From the NCBI RefSeq assembly GCF_048266065.1, contig NZ_JBLXAH010000005.1, positions 117,135 to 181,134 on the forward strand: DNA of 64,000 nt, given 5' to 3'. The number at the start of each line of letters is the position of its first letter. Positions within the stretch are counted from its first letter, which is position 1. Origin of the DNA: Arthrobacter sp. (lineage in GTDB: Bacteria > Actinomycetota > Actinomycetes > Actinomycetales > Micrococcaceae). Below, in pieces: positions 29,453 to 37,857 of this stretch. Both the position numbers and the translations under genes were made by a program. The notes beneath the pieces were generated by a model that saw nothing but the letters and a program-made list of their open reading frames with translations, was not told the DNA's origin and made no database searches.

Positions 29453-31233
29453 GGGGTGTTCCCCTGGGAGGCATCGGTCAGGGCATCGAGCCGTTGGGCT
29501 ATCGACGTCAATTCCGCAATGCCCGCTGGAGTCGGGACGGCCGTCAACAGGTCCAGGAAGCGGGTGCTTTCCTCTGCCAAGAGCCGTTGCACCCGCGAGT
29601 CCAACTTCTCCCGTGCCTGTTTCGCCAGGCGCCGTACGGCGTCCTCACCGAAAATCGCCTCCAGGAGTTTCTGGCCCACGATGGCTGATCCGCCGGCGAT
29701 GCCGACCTCCAGGCCGGTGAGTCCTGCGGTGGAGGCGAAAACGACGATCATCAGGGTCACGGCAACCCCGTTGATCCCGAAGGACACCATGCGGGCCGTG
29801 AAACGCTTGCCGGCCCCCTCGGAACGGATGATCTCCATGAGGTCGACTTGCCAGTCGCGGATCTCCGCGGCCACTCGGTCCCCAAAATCGGACGTGACGG
29901 AACCGAGGTCGGCGCCGCCCAGCAAACGACGGGCGGCGGGATCGGCGCGCCAGAAGGCGTCAGTTTGTTCGGCTGCCTTGGCGGCCTCGTCGATGATCAC
30001 GGCGTGGAGGCCGGTTTCGATGGCCTCCTCCACCTGTTCGACGGGCTGGGGACGTCCGTTGAAGAATGCGCCGATACGATCGCGGAGCCGCCCGATCCCC
30101 GACTCGAGGGAGCGGAAGAATTCGCCGGTGCCGACGAAGTCCTGCCAGCGCGCCAGGACTTCGCCGCGCAGAAGTGTTCCATCCTGGGTGGCCGCGCCGA
30201 TGCGCGCAGTGGCTGCGTCATAGGCCGCGGCGACATGCGCTGACAAGCGGGCACCGGCGTCGTGCTGCTGTTGTTCGGCGAAGGCGAGCCCGGCGGAACG
30301 TTCCCCGAGGCGGCTGACGGCACCGGCGAGTGTCCGGCGGGCGATGGTGGCACGCTCTGCCGCGTCTTCGGCGATGGCGGTCAGCCACTGTCGGATCGGC
30401 GTGACGATCGCGGCCGGGAGCATCCCCTTCCCGTTCAGTTCCGCTTCGGGAATCACGAAGAGTTCGGCAGCGTCAAGGCCTTGCCGCGCGAGCATGTTGC
30501 GCAGGTCCGAGGAGATCTCCTCTTCGACGCCCTCGGGAACCCTGTCGAGAATGACCGCCACCGTGATGTCGCGGGCTGCGGCATCAGCGAGTAGCTTCCA
30601 GGGGACGGCATCGGCGTAGCGGTTTGCCGTCGTGACGAAGAGCCACAGGTCCGCGGCGGAAAGGAGTTGGCCTGCGAGTTGGCGGTTGGCATCGGACACG
30701 GAGTCGATATCGGGTGCGTCAAGGAGCGCGATGCCTGCGGGAATGGCTTCATGCTCAAGTACCACCAGGGAGGTGTCGGCATCTGTGCCGTGCTCCGGCA
30801 GCCCACCAGCACCAGGCAGGTGCCCATCGGTGGCAGGCGTTTCGGTAATACGGCCCAAGTTGGGGAGGATGCGGTCGCTGAGGAACCAGGCGGCTTCGGT
30901 GGGGTGATGGAGGAGAATGGGCTGGCGGGTCGTGGGGCGGATGGCGCCGGCACGAGTCACTGGGTGTCCTACGATCGCATTGACCAAGGTGGATTTTCCT
31001 GCTCCCGTGGATCCGCCGACGACCGCGAGCAGCGGGGCGTCGAGGGTGCGGTAGCGGGGCAGGATGTAGTCGTCGAGTTGTTCGATGGCTCGGGCTACTC
31101 CAATGCGGGCGTCTGCTGCGCCCGGGAGATCAAGTGGCAGGTGAACGCCTTCGAGAGCCGTCCTGCATTCTTGGAGGAGCCCGACAGCAGCTTGGGCACC
31201 TGCCGCTTCACGGTCCGCCTCGTTCGTAGTCAC
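29449..31233 (-). CDS. Dynamin-like GTPase (partner A)
   Basis: GSTGAGKST, RPTT, DAPDID, long helical stalk, hydrophobic paddle. GTG start 31233 (the ORF-track extension runs over the tRNAs). Confidence 0.8.
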   Translation of the reverse strand: MTTNEADREAAGAQAAVGLLQECRTALEGVHLPLDLPGAADARIGVARAIEQLDDYILPRYRTLDAPLLAVVGGSTGAGKSTLVNAIVGHPVTRAGAIRPTTRQPILLHHPTEAAWFLSDRILPNLGRITETPATDGHLPGAGGLPEHGTDADTSLVVLEHEAIPAGIALLDAPDIDSVSDANRQLAGQLLSAADLWLFVTTANRYADAVPWKLLADAAARDITVAVILDRVPEGVEEEISSDLRNMLARQGLDAAELFVIPEAELNGKGMLPAAIVTPIRQWLTAIAEDAAERATIARRTLAGAVSRLGERSAGLAFAEQQQHDAGARLSAHVAAAYDAATARIGAATQDGTLLRGEVLARWQDFVGTGEFFRSLESGIGRLRDRIGAFFNGRPQPVEQVEEAIETGLHAVIIDEAAKAAEQTDAFWRADPAARRLLGGADLGSVTSDFGDRVAAEIRDWQVDLMEIIRSEGAGKRFTARMVSFGINGVAVTLMIVVFASTAGLTGLEVGIAGGSAIVGQKLLEAIFGEDAVRRLAKQAREKLDSRVQRLLAEESTRFLDLLTAVPTPAGIAELTSIAQRLDALTDASQGNTP

Positions 31234-31307
31234 GTGTCCATCATGCCAAACATGGACCAGAGCGCGTACCGCCACGGCCAACGGAGCAAGACCGGCCCTG
31301 GATAACG

Positions 31308-31338
31308 AAAAACGCGGTACACACCGAGGTGTACCGCG
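31308..31338 (-). terminator. Intrinsic terminator of the tRNA-Gln/tRNA-Glu transcript
   Basis: CGCGGTACAC-N6-GTGTACCGCG 10-bp stem followed by a T run on the minus strand. Confidence 0.8.
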
Positions 31339-31350
31339 AATTCCCAGACG

Positions 31351-31423
31351 TGACCCCAGCGGGATTCGAACCCGCGTTACCGCCGTGAGAGGGCAGCGTA
31401 CTAGGCCGCTATACGATGGGGCC
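31351..31423 (-). tRNA. tRNA-Glu(CTC)
   Basis: Minus strand GGCCCCATCGTATAGCGGCCTAGTACGCTGCC-CTCTCAC-GGCGGTAACGCGGGTTCGAATCCCGCTGGGGTCA; cloverleaf; CCA not encoded. Confidence 0.96.
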
Positions 31424-31487
31424 ATAGCTTGTCCGTCATACTCCCCGGACAATGCCAGCCGGCGCAGTGTCTGCTCCGGCTGTAGCG

Positions 31488-31559
31488 CTGGGATACCAGG
31501 ACTCGAACCTAGAATGTCGGTACCAGAAACCGATGTGTTGCCAATTACACCATATCCCA
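31488..31559 (-). tRNA. tRNA-Gln(CTG)
   Basis: Minus strand TGGGATATGGTGTAATTGGCAACACATCGGT-TTCTGGT-ACCGACATTCTAGGTTCGAGTCCTGGTATCCCAG. Confidence 0.96.
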
Positions 31560-31681
31560 ATGGTTTGCCGCGGCCCGTTCCCTGCCCTTTCGAGCTGTTC
31601 CCGGTGCCTCAGCACGAGAAATAACTTTACCCGAGGGCCCCGGCAAAACCAAAATCGTCCATCCAGTCGTCGCGGCGGACG

Positions 31682-33190
31682 TCAGGCCAACGTTCCCCTG
31701 AAGGCCCTCAGCCGAGCGAGCGAGGAATCCTTTCCCAGGATCACCATGGACTCAAACAGTGGCGGGGATACGCGCTTTCCCGAGACCGCGGTGCGCAATG
31801 GACCGAAAGCCAAACGCGGCTTGATGCCCATTCCCTCGATCAGTGCCGACCGGAGTACACCCTGGATCGACTCTGCATCCCAGGAATCCAGCTCAACCAA
31901 AGCACCAACAGCGTTGTCCAGCACTTCATCGGCGTTACCTGGCATGCCCTTCAGGGCATCCTGATGGATGACGATTTCATCGTCGCCGCGAAAGAGGAAT
32001 TCGATCATGTCGGGCGCTTCGCCTAGCAAGGTGATGCGTTCCTGGACCAGAGGAGCAGCCTCGTCAAGGATGCGCGCCTCGTCGTCGGTCAGTGTCTCTC
32101 CGGTCAATCCTGCACGGTTCAAATAGGGAATCAACCGGTCGCGGAAATCCTGCGCCTCAAGCATGCGCACATGGGTGCCGTTGATGGCTTCTGCCTTCTT
32201 CAAGTCGAAGCGCGCCGGGTTGGCCAGCACGTCATGGACGTCGAAGGCCTCCACCAGCTGCTCGCGGCTGAAGATGTCCTCGTCCGCCGACAGGCTCCAC
32301 CCGAGCAACGCCAGGTAGTTCAGTAGCCCCTCGGGGATGAACCCGCGGTCACGGTGCAGGAACAGGCTGGATTCCGGGTCCCGCTTGGAGAGTTTCTTGT
32401 TGCCTGCACCCATCACATACGGCAAGTGCCCGAACAAGGGCATGTACTGGGCAATGCCGACGTCAATCATGGCCCGGTAGAGGGCGATTTGCCGCGGCGT
32501 CGAGGAGAGCAGGTCCTCGCCTCTCAGGACATGGGTGATACCCATCAAGGCGTCGTCCACCGGGTTGACCAGCGTGTAGAGGGGTTTGCCGTTGGCTCGG
32601 ACGACAGCGAAGTCCGGAACGGTTCCCGCCTTGAACGTGATTTCACCGCGGACCAGGTCCGTGAAGGTCAGGTCCTCGTCCGGCATCCGGAGGCGAAGCA
32701 CCGGTTCACGTCCCTCCGCACGGAATGCCGCAACCTGCTCGTCGGTTAGATGGCGATCATAATTGTCGTACCCGAGTTTGGGGTTCTGGCCGGCCGCCCG
32801 ATGGCGCGCTTCGACTTCCTCGGGCGATGAGAACGACTCGTACAGATGACCAGCATCCCGCAGCTTGGCGATCGCATCCTGATAGATATCGGCACGCGCG
32901 GATTGGCGGTAGGGCTCGTGCGGTCCGCCTACGGCGACGCCTTCGTCCCACGTGATGCCCAGCCAGTCGAGTGCGTCAAGCAGCTGCTCGTAGCTCTCCT
33001 CGGAATCGCGTTTGGCGTCGGTGTCCTCAATCCGGAAGACCATCTTTCCGCCGGTGTGCCGGGCATACGCCCAATTGAACAGCGCAGTACGGATGAGGCC
33101 AACATGCGGCGTACCCGTCGGAGATGGGCAAAAGCGGACTCGGACTGGGGTTTCGTCGGTCACAGTGGGAATTTGGGATGGCTCAGTCAT
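31682..33190 (-). CDS. gltX: Glutamate-tRNA ligase
   Basis: [34 protein letters not shown]; followed by tRNA-Gln/tRNA-Glu. Confidence 0.96.
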   Translation of the reverse strand: MTEPSQIPTVTDETPVRVRFCPSPTGTPHVGLIRTALFNWAYARHTGGKMVFRIEDTDAKRDSEESYEQLLDALDWLGITWDEGVAVGGPHEPYRQSARADIYQDAIAKLRDAGHLYESFSSPEEVEARHRAAGQNPKLGYDNYDRHLTDEQVAAFRAEGREPVLRLRMPDEDLTFTDLVRGEITFKAGTVPDFAVVRANGKPLYTLVNPVDDALMGITHVLRGEDLLSSTPRQIALYRAMIDVGIAQYMPLFGHLPYVMGAGNKKLSKRDPESSLFLHRDRGFIPEGLLNYLALLGWSLSADEDIFSREQLVEAFDVHDVLANPARFDLKKAEAINGTHVRMLEAQDFRDRLIPYLNRAGLTGETLTDDEARILDEAAPLVQERITLLGEAPDMIEFLFRGDDEIVIHQDALKGMPGNADEVLDNAVGALVELDSWDAESIQGVLRSALIEGMGIKPRLAFGPLRTAVSGKRVSPPLFESMVILGKDSSLARLRAFRGTLA

Positions 33191-33230
33191 GATGACTCCC
33201 ATCCTAATACGCCCGTCGTTACGGTCGGGA

Positions 33231-33464
33231 TCAGCCTGCGTTGCCCTTCCGCTGTCCCCGCATGGCCGCCACGAGGCGACGGATGAGCAAGGCGACGGCC
33301 AGGACGATGGCCACCGCGAGCAAGGTGGCAGTTACCGGAACCGGCCAGTGCATGCGGTAGGAGATCCGCGAACAGATGGCCAGCACCCAGGCCGACGCCC
33401 ACAGGGCGGTCAACCGCTTCTGCCATCGGGACCTGGCGGCCCTGGTGCGTTGTACGTCAGTCAT
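33231..33464 (-). CDS. Small two-helix membrane protein, hypothetical
   Basis: Two hydrophobic stretches; fills the gap between the FAH gene and gltX; start uncertain (33464-33506). Confidence 0.5.
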   Translation of the reverse strand: MTDVQRTRAARSRWQKRLTALWASAWVLAICSRISYRMHWPVPVTATLLAVAIVLAVALLIRRLVAAMRGQRKGNAG

Positions 33465-33513
33465 CGCCTCGCGCATCGCGCGTCCTACCCGGCGCTTGCC
33501 GTACACGCCGTAC

Positions 33514-34275
33514 CTAACGTCGGAAGGTGTTGGTCAGGGTCCCGATACCTTCAATTTCGACGTCATAGCGCTGCCCTTCGCGAAGCAGTCCAACGCCGGC
33601 GGGCGTTCCTGTGAGCAGGATATCGCCGGGAAGCAAGGTAAACGCTTGCGATGCGTAGGACACCAGTTCGGATATGCTCCAAACCATCAGCGTCGTGTCG
33701 CCATCCTGGACCGTCTGGCCGTCCAGACGGCCTTGGATTCGCACGTCTTCGACGTCCAGATCGGTTTCAATCCATGGACCGATGGGACACGAGCCATCCC
33801 AACCCTTGGCACGGGCCCACTGGCCGTCTGTCTTCTGCGCATCCCTCGCCGTTAGGTCATTGGCACATGTGTAGCCAAAGATGACGTCAGCGGTCTTCTC
33901 AGCCGGGACGTCCTTGCAGATTCGTCCGATGACTACGGCCAGCTCGGCCTCATAGGAAATCTCGTCGGAGAATGCCGGGAGGGTAATCGGATCGCCGGGG
34001 CCTACCACTGAGGTATTGGGCTTCAGGAACATCAACGGCGCGACGGGCACCTCATTGCCGAGCTCCTTGGCATGCGCCGCATAAGTCCGGCCGAAGCAAA
34101 CGACCTTGGACCGCGGGATGATCGGCGCCAGCAGGCGGACATCCTCGAGCCGGTGGCGGGCCCCCGTCGGCTGGATACCCTGGAAGAAGGGATCGCCGGC
34201 GATGACCGCGATTTCTTCGCCGTCCACGACGCCGTACATGGGGTCACTGTCTAGAACAAACCGAGCAATACGCAT
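33514..34275 (-). CDS. Fumarylacetoacetate hydrolase family protein
   Basis: FLKPNTS, YEAELAVVIG, ANDLTARD, AKGWD, GDILLTGTPAGVG. Confidence 0.92.
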   Translation of the reverse strand: MRIARFVLDSDPMYGVVDGEEIAVIAGDPFFQGIQPTGARHRLEDVRLLAPIIPRSKVVCFGRTYAAHAKELGNEVPVAPLMFLKPNTSVVGPGDPITLPAFSDEISYEAELAVVIGRICKDVPAEKTADVIFGYTCANDLTARDAQKTDGQWARAKGWDGSCPIGPWIETDLDVEDVRIQGRLDGQTVQDGDTTLMVWSISELVSYASQAFTLLPGDILLTGTPAGVGLLREGQRYDVEIEGIGTLTNTFRR

Positions 34276-34278
34276 GCG

Positions 34279-35391
34279 CTACAGCTTAGTGGAGGATTCG
34301 GGCTCACCTTGTTTCGCTGACGATGTGCGTTTCACCTGTTCCGGCTCATTACTCGGACCGGCTGGTTCGGGATTCTCGTCCGGGTAGCCTTCGGGATTGG
34401 CTGATTGCCAGCGCCAGACATCCGTGACCATGTCTTCGAGTCCCCGCTCGGATTTCCACCCTAGTTCCTCGCGGGCCAGCGTGGGATCGGCCCAATAGGC
34501 CGGCAAGTCCCCCGGACGTCGGTCAGTTACTTCGTACGGCACAACCCGGCCGGAGGCACGGGCAAATGCGTTGATGACCTCCAGCACGGACGAGCCGGTC
34601 CCGCTGCCCAGGTTCCACGCATGTAAGCCGCCGTGATCCAGTAGATACTCCAACGCTGTGAGGTGCCCGGCTGCCAGGTCGACGACATGAATGTAGTCCC
34701 TGACACCGGTTCCGTCTTCGGTGGGGTAGTCGTCTCCGAAGACGTTGACCTTCTCACGCCGCCCCACCGCCACCTGGGCGACGAATGGCATGAGGTTGTT
34801 GGGAGTACCTTGGGGATCTTCACCAATACGGCCCGATTCGTGGGCTCCGACAGGATTGAAATAACGAAGTTTTGCGACCTTCCAACGCGAATCAGACGCT
34901 GCGAGGTCGTCCAACATCTGTTCGATGTGCATCTTCGTCCGCCCATAGGGGTTCATGGCCGCCAACGGAAGTTGCTCCGTGTACTCGACCACTCCCCCAG
35001 CTTCTCCATACACCGTTGCGGACGAACTGAATACGATGGTTCGGACGCCTGCTTCCTCCATCCCCTCAAGGACGTTAAGAGTTCCAGTGACGTTTGTTCG
35101 GTAGTACCACAGCGGGCGCTGCGCAGACTCGCCGACGGCTTTCAGGCCAGCGAAGTGGATCACCGCATCAGGTTTCGTCGAATTAAGTACGGCCGCAATC
35201 GAAAGGGGATCCAAAAGGTCGGCCTCGTGTACATGTGCTTTACGGCCAGTCAGTTCGGCCACCCGGCGAAGCGACTCGGGCGAGGAGTTTGAGAAGTTAT
35301 CCAGGACGTGGACTTCGTGTCCCTCCTCCAGGAGCAGGAGGACGGTATGGGATCCGATATAGCCGGCACCGCCGGTCACAAGAATGCGCAT
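34279..35391 (-). CDS. galE: UDP-glucose 4-epimerase
   Basis: GGAGYIGSH, HFAGLKAVGES, SSSATVYG, YGRTK, LRYFNPVGAH, RDYIHV. Confidence 0.95.
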   Translation of the reverse strand: MRILVTGGAGYIGSHTVLLLLEEGHEVHVLDNFSNSSPESLRRVAELTGRKAHVHEADLLDPLSIAAVLNSTKPDAVIHFAGLKAVGESAQRPLWYYRTNVTGTLNVLEGMEEAGVRTIVFSSSATVYGEAGGVVEYTEQLPLAAMNPYGRTKMHIEQMLDDLAASDSRWKVAKLRYFNPVGAHESGRIGEDPQGTPNNLMPFVAQVAVGRREKVNVFGDDYPTEDGTGVRDYIHVVDLAAGHLTALEYLLDHGGLHAWNLGSGTGSSVLEVINAFARASGRVVPYEVTDRRPGDLPAYWADPTLAREELGWKSERGLEDMVTDVWRWQSANPEGYPDENPEPAGPSNEPEQVKRTSSAKQGEPESSTKL

Positions 35392-35500
35392 GGTCATAAC
35401 TTTAGGATGCCCCAACCCAAATGCCGCAACTGGTGGCCGAGATGGCGCTGGCCGGCCCGCCCTAGTGGCAAGCCGGCCAGTGCCAGTGAGTTCGTCGCTT

Positions 35501-36592
35501 TTACACCAGACGCGTCAGCCAGCCGTGCGTATCCTCGACGGCACCGGTCTGGATGCCCAGCAACTGCGTACGAATACCCATCGCCACCGAGTCGGAGGGG
35601 GCCTCTGGAGTGGTGATCGATTCTTCTGCCGTCTTCAGTTCGCCGATGGGCGTGATGACCGCTGCTGTTCCGCAGGCGAAGACCTCGGAGAGGGAGCCGT
35701 CCTGGGCCGCTTTGCGCCACTCGTCGATCGTGATCTTCCGCTCCTGGACGGTCAGTCCGCGCTCCCGGGCGAGTTCGAGGACGGAAGAGCGCGTCACGCC
35801 GCGCAGGATGTTCCCGTTGAGTTCGGGGGTGACGAGCGTTCCGTCCTTGAAGACGAAGAAGACGTTCATGCCGCCCAGTTCGTCGACGGCATTGTCATTG
35901 GTCGGGTCCAGGAACAGAACCTGCTTGCAGTCATTGGCCTCGGCCTCGATTTGGGCTGCCAGGGAGGCTGCGTAGTTGCCACCGCACTTGGCTTCTCCCG
36001 TGCCACCGTGACCGGCACGTGCGTAGTTCGTGGACAGCCAGATGGACACCGGCTTGAGCTCGCCGCCGAAGTAGTTGCCTGCGGGTGAGGCAATGACCCG
36101 GTAGGACACTTCGTGCGACGGGCGGACACCGAGGAACGCCTCAGTGGCGATCATGAAGGGGCGCAGGTAGAGCGCTTCCCCGTCGCCGGAGGGCACCCAT
36201 GCCTCATCGACAGCCACCAGCTTCTTGAGGGAGTCGATGAAGACGTCGGTCGGCAGTTCGGGCAGGGCCAGCCGACGGGCGGAGGCATTGAACCGGGCGG
36301 CGTTGGCCTCGGGGCGGAATGTCCAGACGCTGCCGTCAGCGTGGCGGTAGGCCTTGAGCCCCTCGAAGATCTCCTGGCCGTAGTGCAGCACCGCGGCAGC
36401 CGGGTCCATCATGATCGGCCCATACGGCTCGATGCGGGCGTCGTGCCAGATGCCCTTGCCCGAGGCGTCCTGGGTCCAGTCGACGATGGCGGTGTGGTCG
36501 GTGAAGTAGTCGCCAAACCCGGGATCTGCCAGGACCTTGGCGCGCTCTTCGGCGCTCTTGGGGGTGGTGGAGAGCTGTTGTGAGAATTCCAT
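35501..36592 (-). CDS. ilvE: Branched-chain amino acid aminotransferase
   Basis: LHYGQEIFEGLKAY, YLRPF, AKCGGNYA, ELGGMN, ILRGVTR, GTAAVITPI. Confidence 0.95.
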   Translation of the reverse strand: MEFSQQLSTTPKSAEERAKVLADPGFGDYFTDHTAIVDWTQDASGKGIWHDARIEPYGPIMMDPAAAVLHYGQEIFEGLKAYRHADGSVWTFRPEANAARFNASARRLALPELPTDVFIDSLKKLVAVDEAWVPSGDGEALYLRPFMIATEAFLGVRPSHEVSYRVIASPAGNYFGGELKPVSIWLSTNYARAGHGGTGEAKCGGNYAASLAAQIEAEANDCKQVLFLDPTNDNAVDELGGMNVFFVFKDGTLVTPELNGNILRGVTRSSVLELARERGLTVQERKITIDEWRKAAQDGSLSEVFACGTAAVITPIGELKTAEESITTPEAPSDSVAMGIRTQLLGIQTGAVEDTHGWLTRLV

Positions 36593-36661
36593 GGTGCCTG
36601 CGCACTTCCTCTGCAAAGTTTTTGTGCCGCGGGTCACGGGCGGCGATCTATCAGCCCCAGC

Positions 36662-37720
36662 TTATGACAGGGCCAGCGTGATCGCATCGCCGATCTCCGC
36701 CGTAGTGCGGGAATCAGTGAGTTCGGCGCGGGAATCGATGTCCCTCTCCACAGCGGCCTCGACGCGACGCGCGGCGTCAACCAAGCCCACATGTTCGAGC
36801 AGGAGTGCCGCCGAGAGGATGGCCGCCGTGGGATCGGCCTTCTGCTGCCCGGCGATGTCCGGGGCCGACCCGTGGACGGGTTCGAACATGGACGGACCGG
36901 TGCCCGCCATGTTGATGTTTCCCGAGGCGGCGAGTCCGATGCCTCCGGTCACCGCACCGGCCAAGTCGGTCAGGATGTCGCCAAACAGGTTGTCGGTCAC
37001 GATGACGTCAAAGCGGGCCGGATCAGTGGTCATGTAGATCGTGGCCGCGTCCACATGCATGTAGTCGTGGGTGACGTCGGGGAAGTCGGCCGCCACCGTT
37101 TCCACGGTGCGGCGCCACAGGTGGCCGGCATGCACGAGCACGTTGTGCTTGTGCACCAGGGTCACGTGACGGCGCGGACGCTCGGAGGCACGGCGGAAGG
37201 CCTCACGCACCACACGCTCGACCCCATAGGCCGTGTTCACCGAGACCTCGGTGGCGATCTCGTGTTCGGTGCCCACGCGCAGAGCACCCCCGTTGCCGAC
37301 ATACGGGCCCTCGGTCCCCTCCCGGACGACGACGAAGTCGATGTCCCCGGGTGCCGCCAGGGGACTGGGAACTCCTTCGTAGAGTTTGGCCGGGCGGAGG
37401 TTGATGTAGTGATCGAGGCTGAAACGCAGTTTGAGCAGCAGCTCGCGTTCGATCAGGCCCGAGGGGATGCGCGTATCCCCGGGCGCAGCCCCCACGGCGC
37501 CGAAGAGGATGACGTCATGCTGGCGCAGCGCTGCCAGCGTCTCCTCGGTGAGCGTCTCGCCGGTGGCCAACCAGTGCTGCGCGCCCAGTTGGTAGTCGGT
37601 GATGCGGAGCGTCTGCTCGCCCATTTCGGTGGCCTTCTTCAACACCTTGATGGCTTCCGCAATGACTTCCGGGCCGATTCCGTCGCCGGGGATTACCGCC
37701 ATATCGATCACTTTGCTCAT
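36662..37720 (-). CDS. leuB: 3-isopropylmalate dehydrogenase
   Basis: [41 protein letters not shown]. Confidence 0.95.
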   Translation of the reverse strand: MSKVIDMAVIPGDGIGPEVIAEAIKVLKKATEMGEQTLRITDYQLGAQHWLATGETLTEETLAALRQHDVILFGAVGAAPGDTRIPSGLIERELLLKLRFSLDHYINLRPAKLYEGVPSPLAAPGDIDFVVVREGTEGPYVGNGGALRVGTEHEIATEVSVNTAYGVERVVREAFRRASERPRRHVTLVHKHNVLVHAGHLWRRTVETVAADFPDVTHDYMHVDAATIYMTTDPARFDVIVTDNLFGDILTDLAGAVTGGIGLAASGNINMAGTGPSMFEPVHGSAPDIAGQQKADPTAAILSAALLLEHVGLVDAARRVEAAVERDIDSRAELTDSRTTAEIGDAITLALS

Positions 37721-37760
37721 GCTTTCCAGACTAGGAGTGCGTCCGAATAACAGACAAACT

Positions 37761-37776
37761 GTCTCATTATATGGAC
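37761..37776. promoter_or_regulatory. Putative IclR/NdgR operator upstream of leuB
   Basis: GTCTCA-TTATA-TGGAC, same arms as the site upstream of ilvB. Confidence 0.65.
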
Positions 37777-37857
37777 CACCAGGAATGTCGCCTTCTAGCA
37801 AAGCGACTCAAGGTAGATTCGCATATGAGAATGGTGCTTGTCGCTCATTTCATTCGA

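Noticed and set aside
27779-31423. Possible integrative element at the tRNA-Glu 3' end carrying the dynamin pair
   Set aside because: No integrase and no duplicated tRNA 3' end found; thiL follows in the same operon
31234-31560. ORF-track extension of the dynamin gene to 703 aa
   Set aside because: The extension runs through both tRNA genes and their terminator; GTG 31233 has a -10-like box 6 nt upstream
37806-37831. Near-palindrome TTCGCATATGAGAA upstream of leuB
   Set aside because: Single imperfect instance with no matching copy elsewhere
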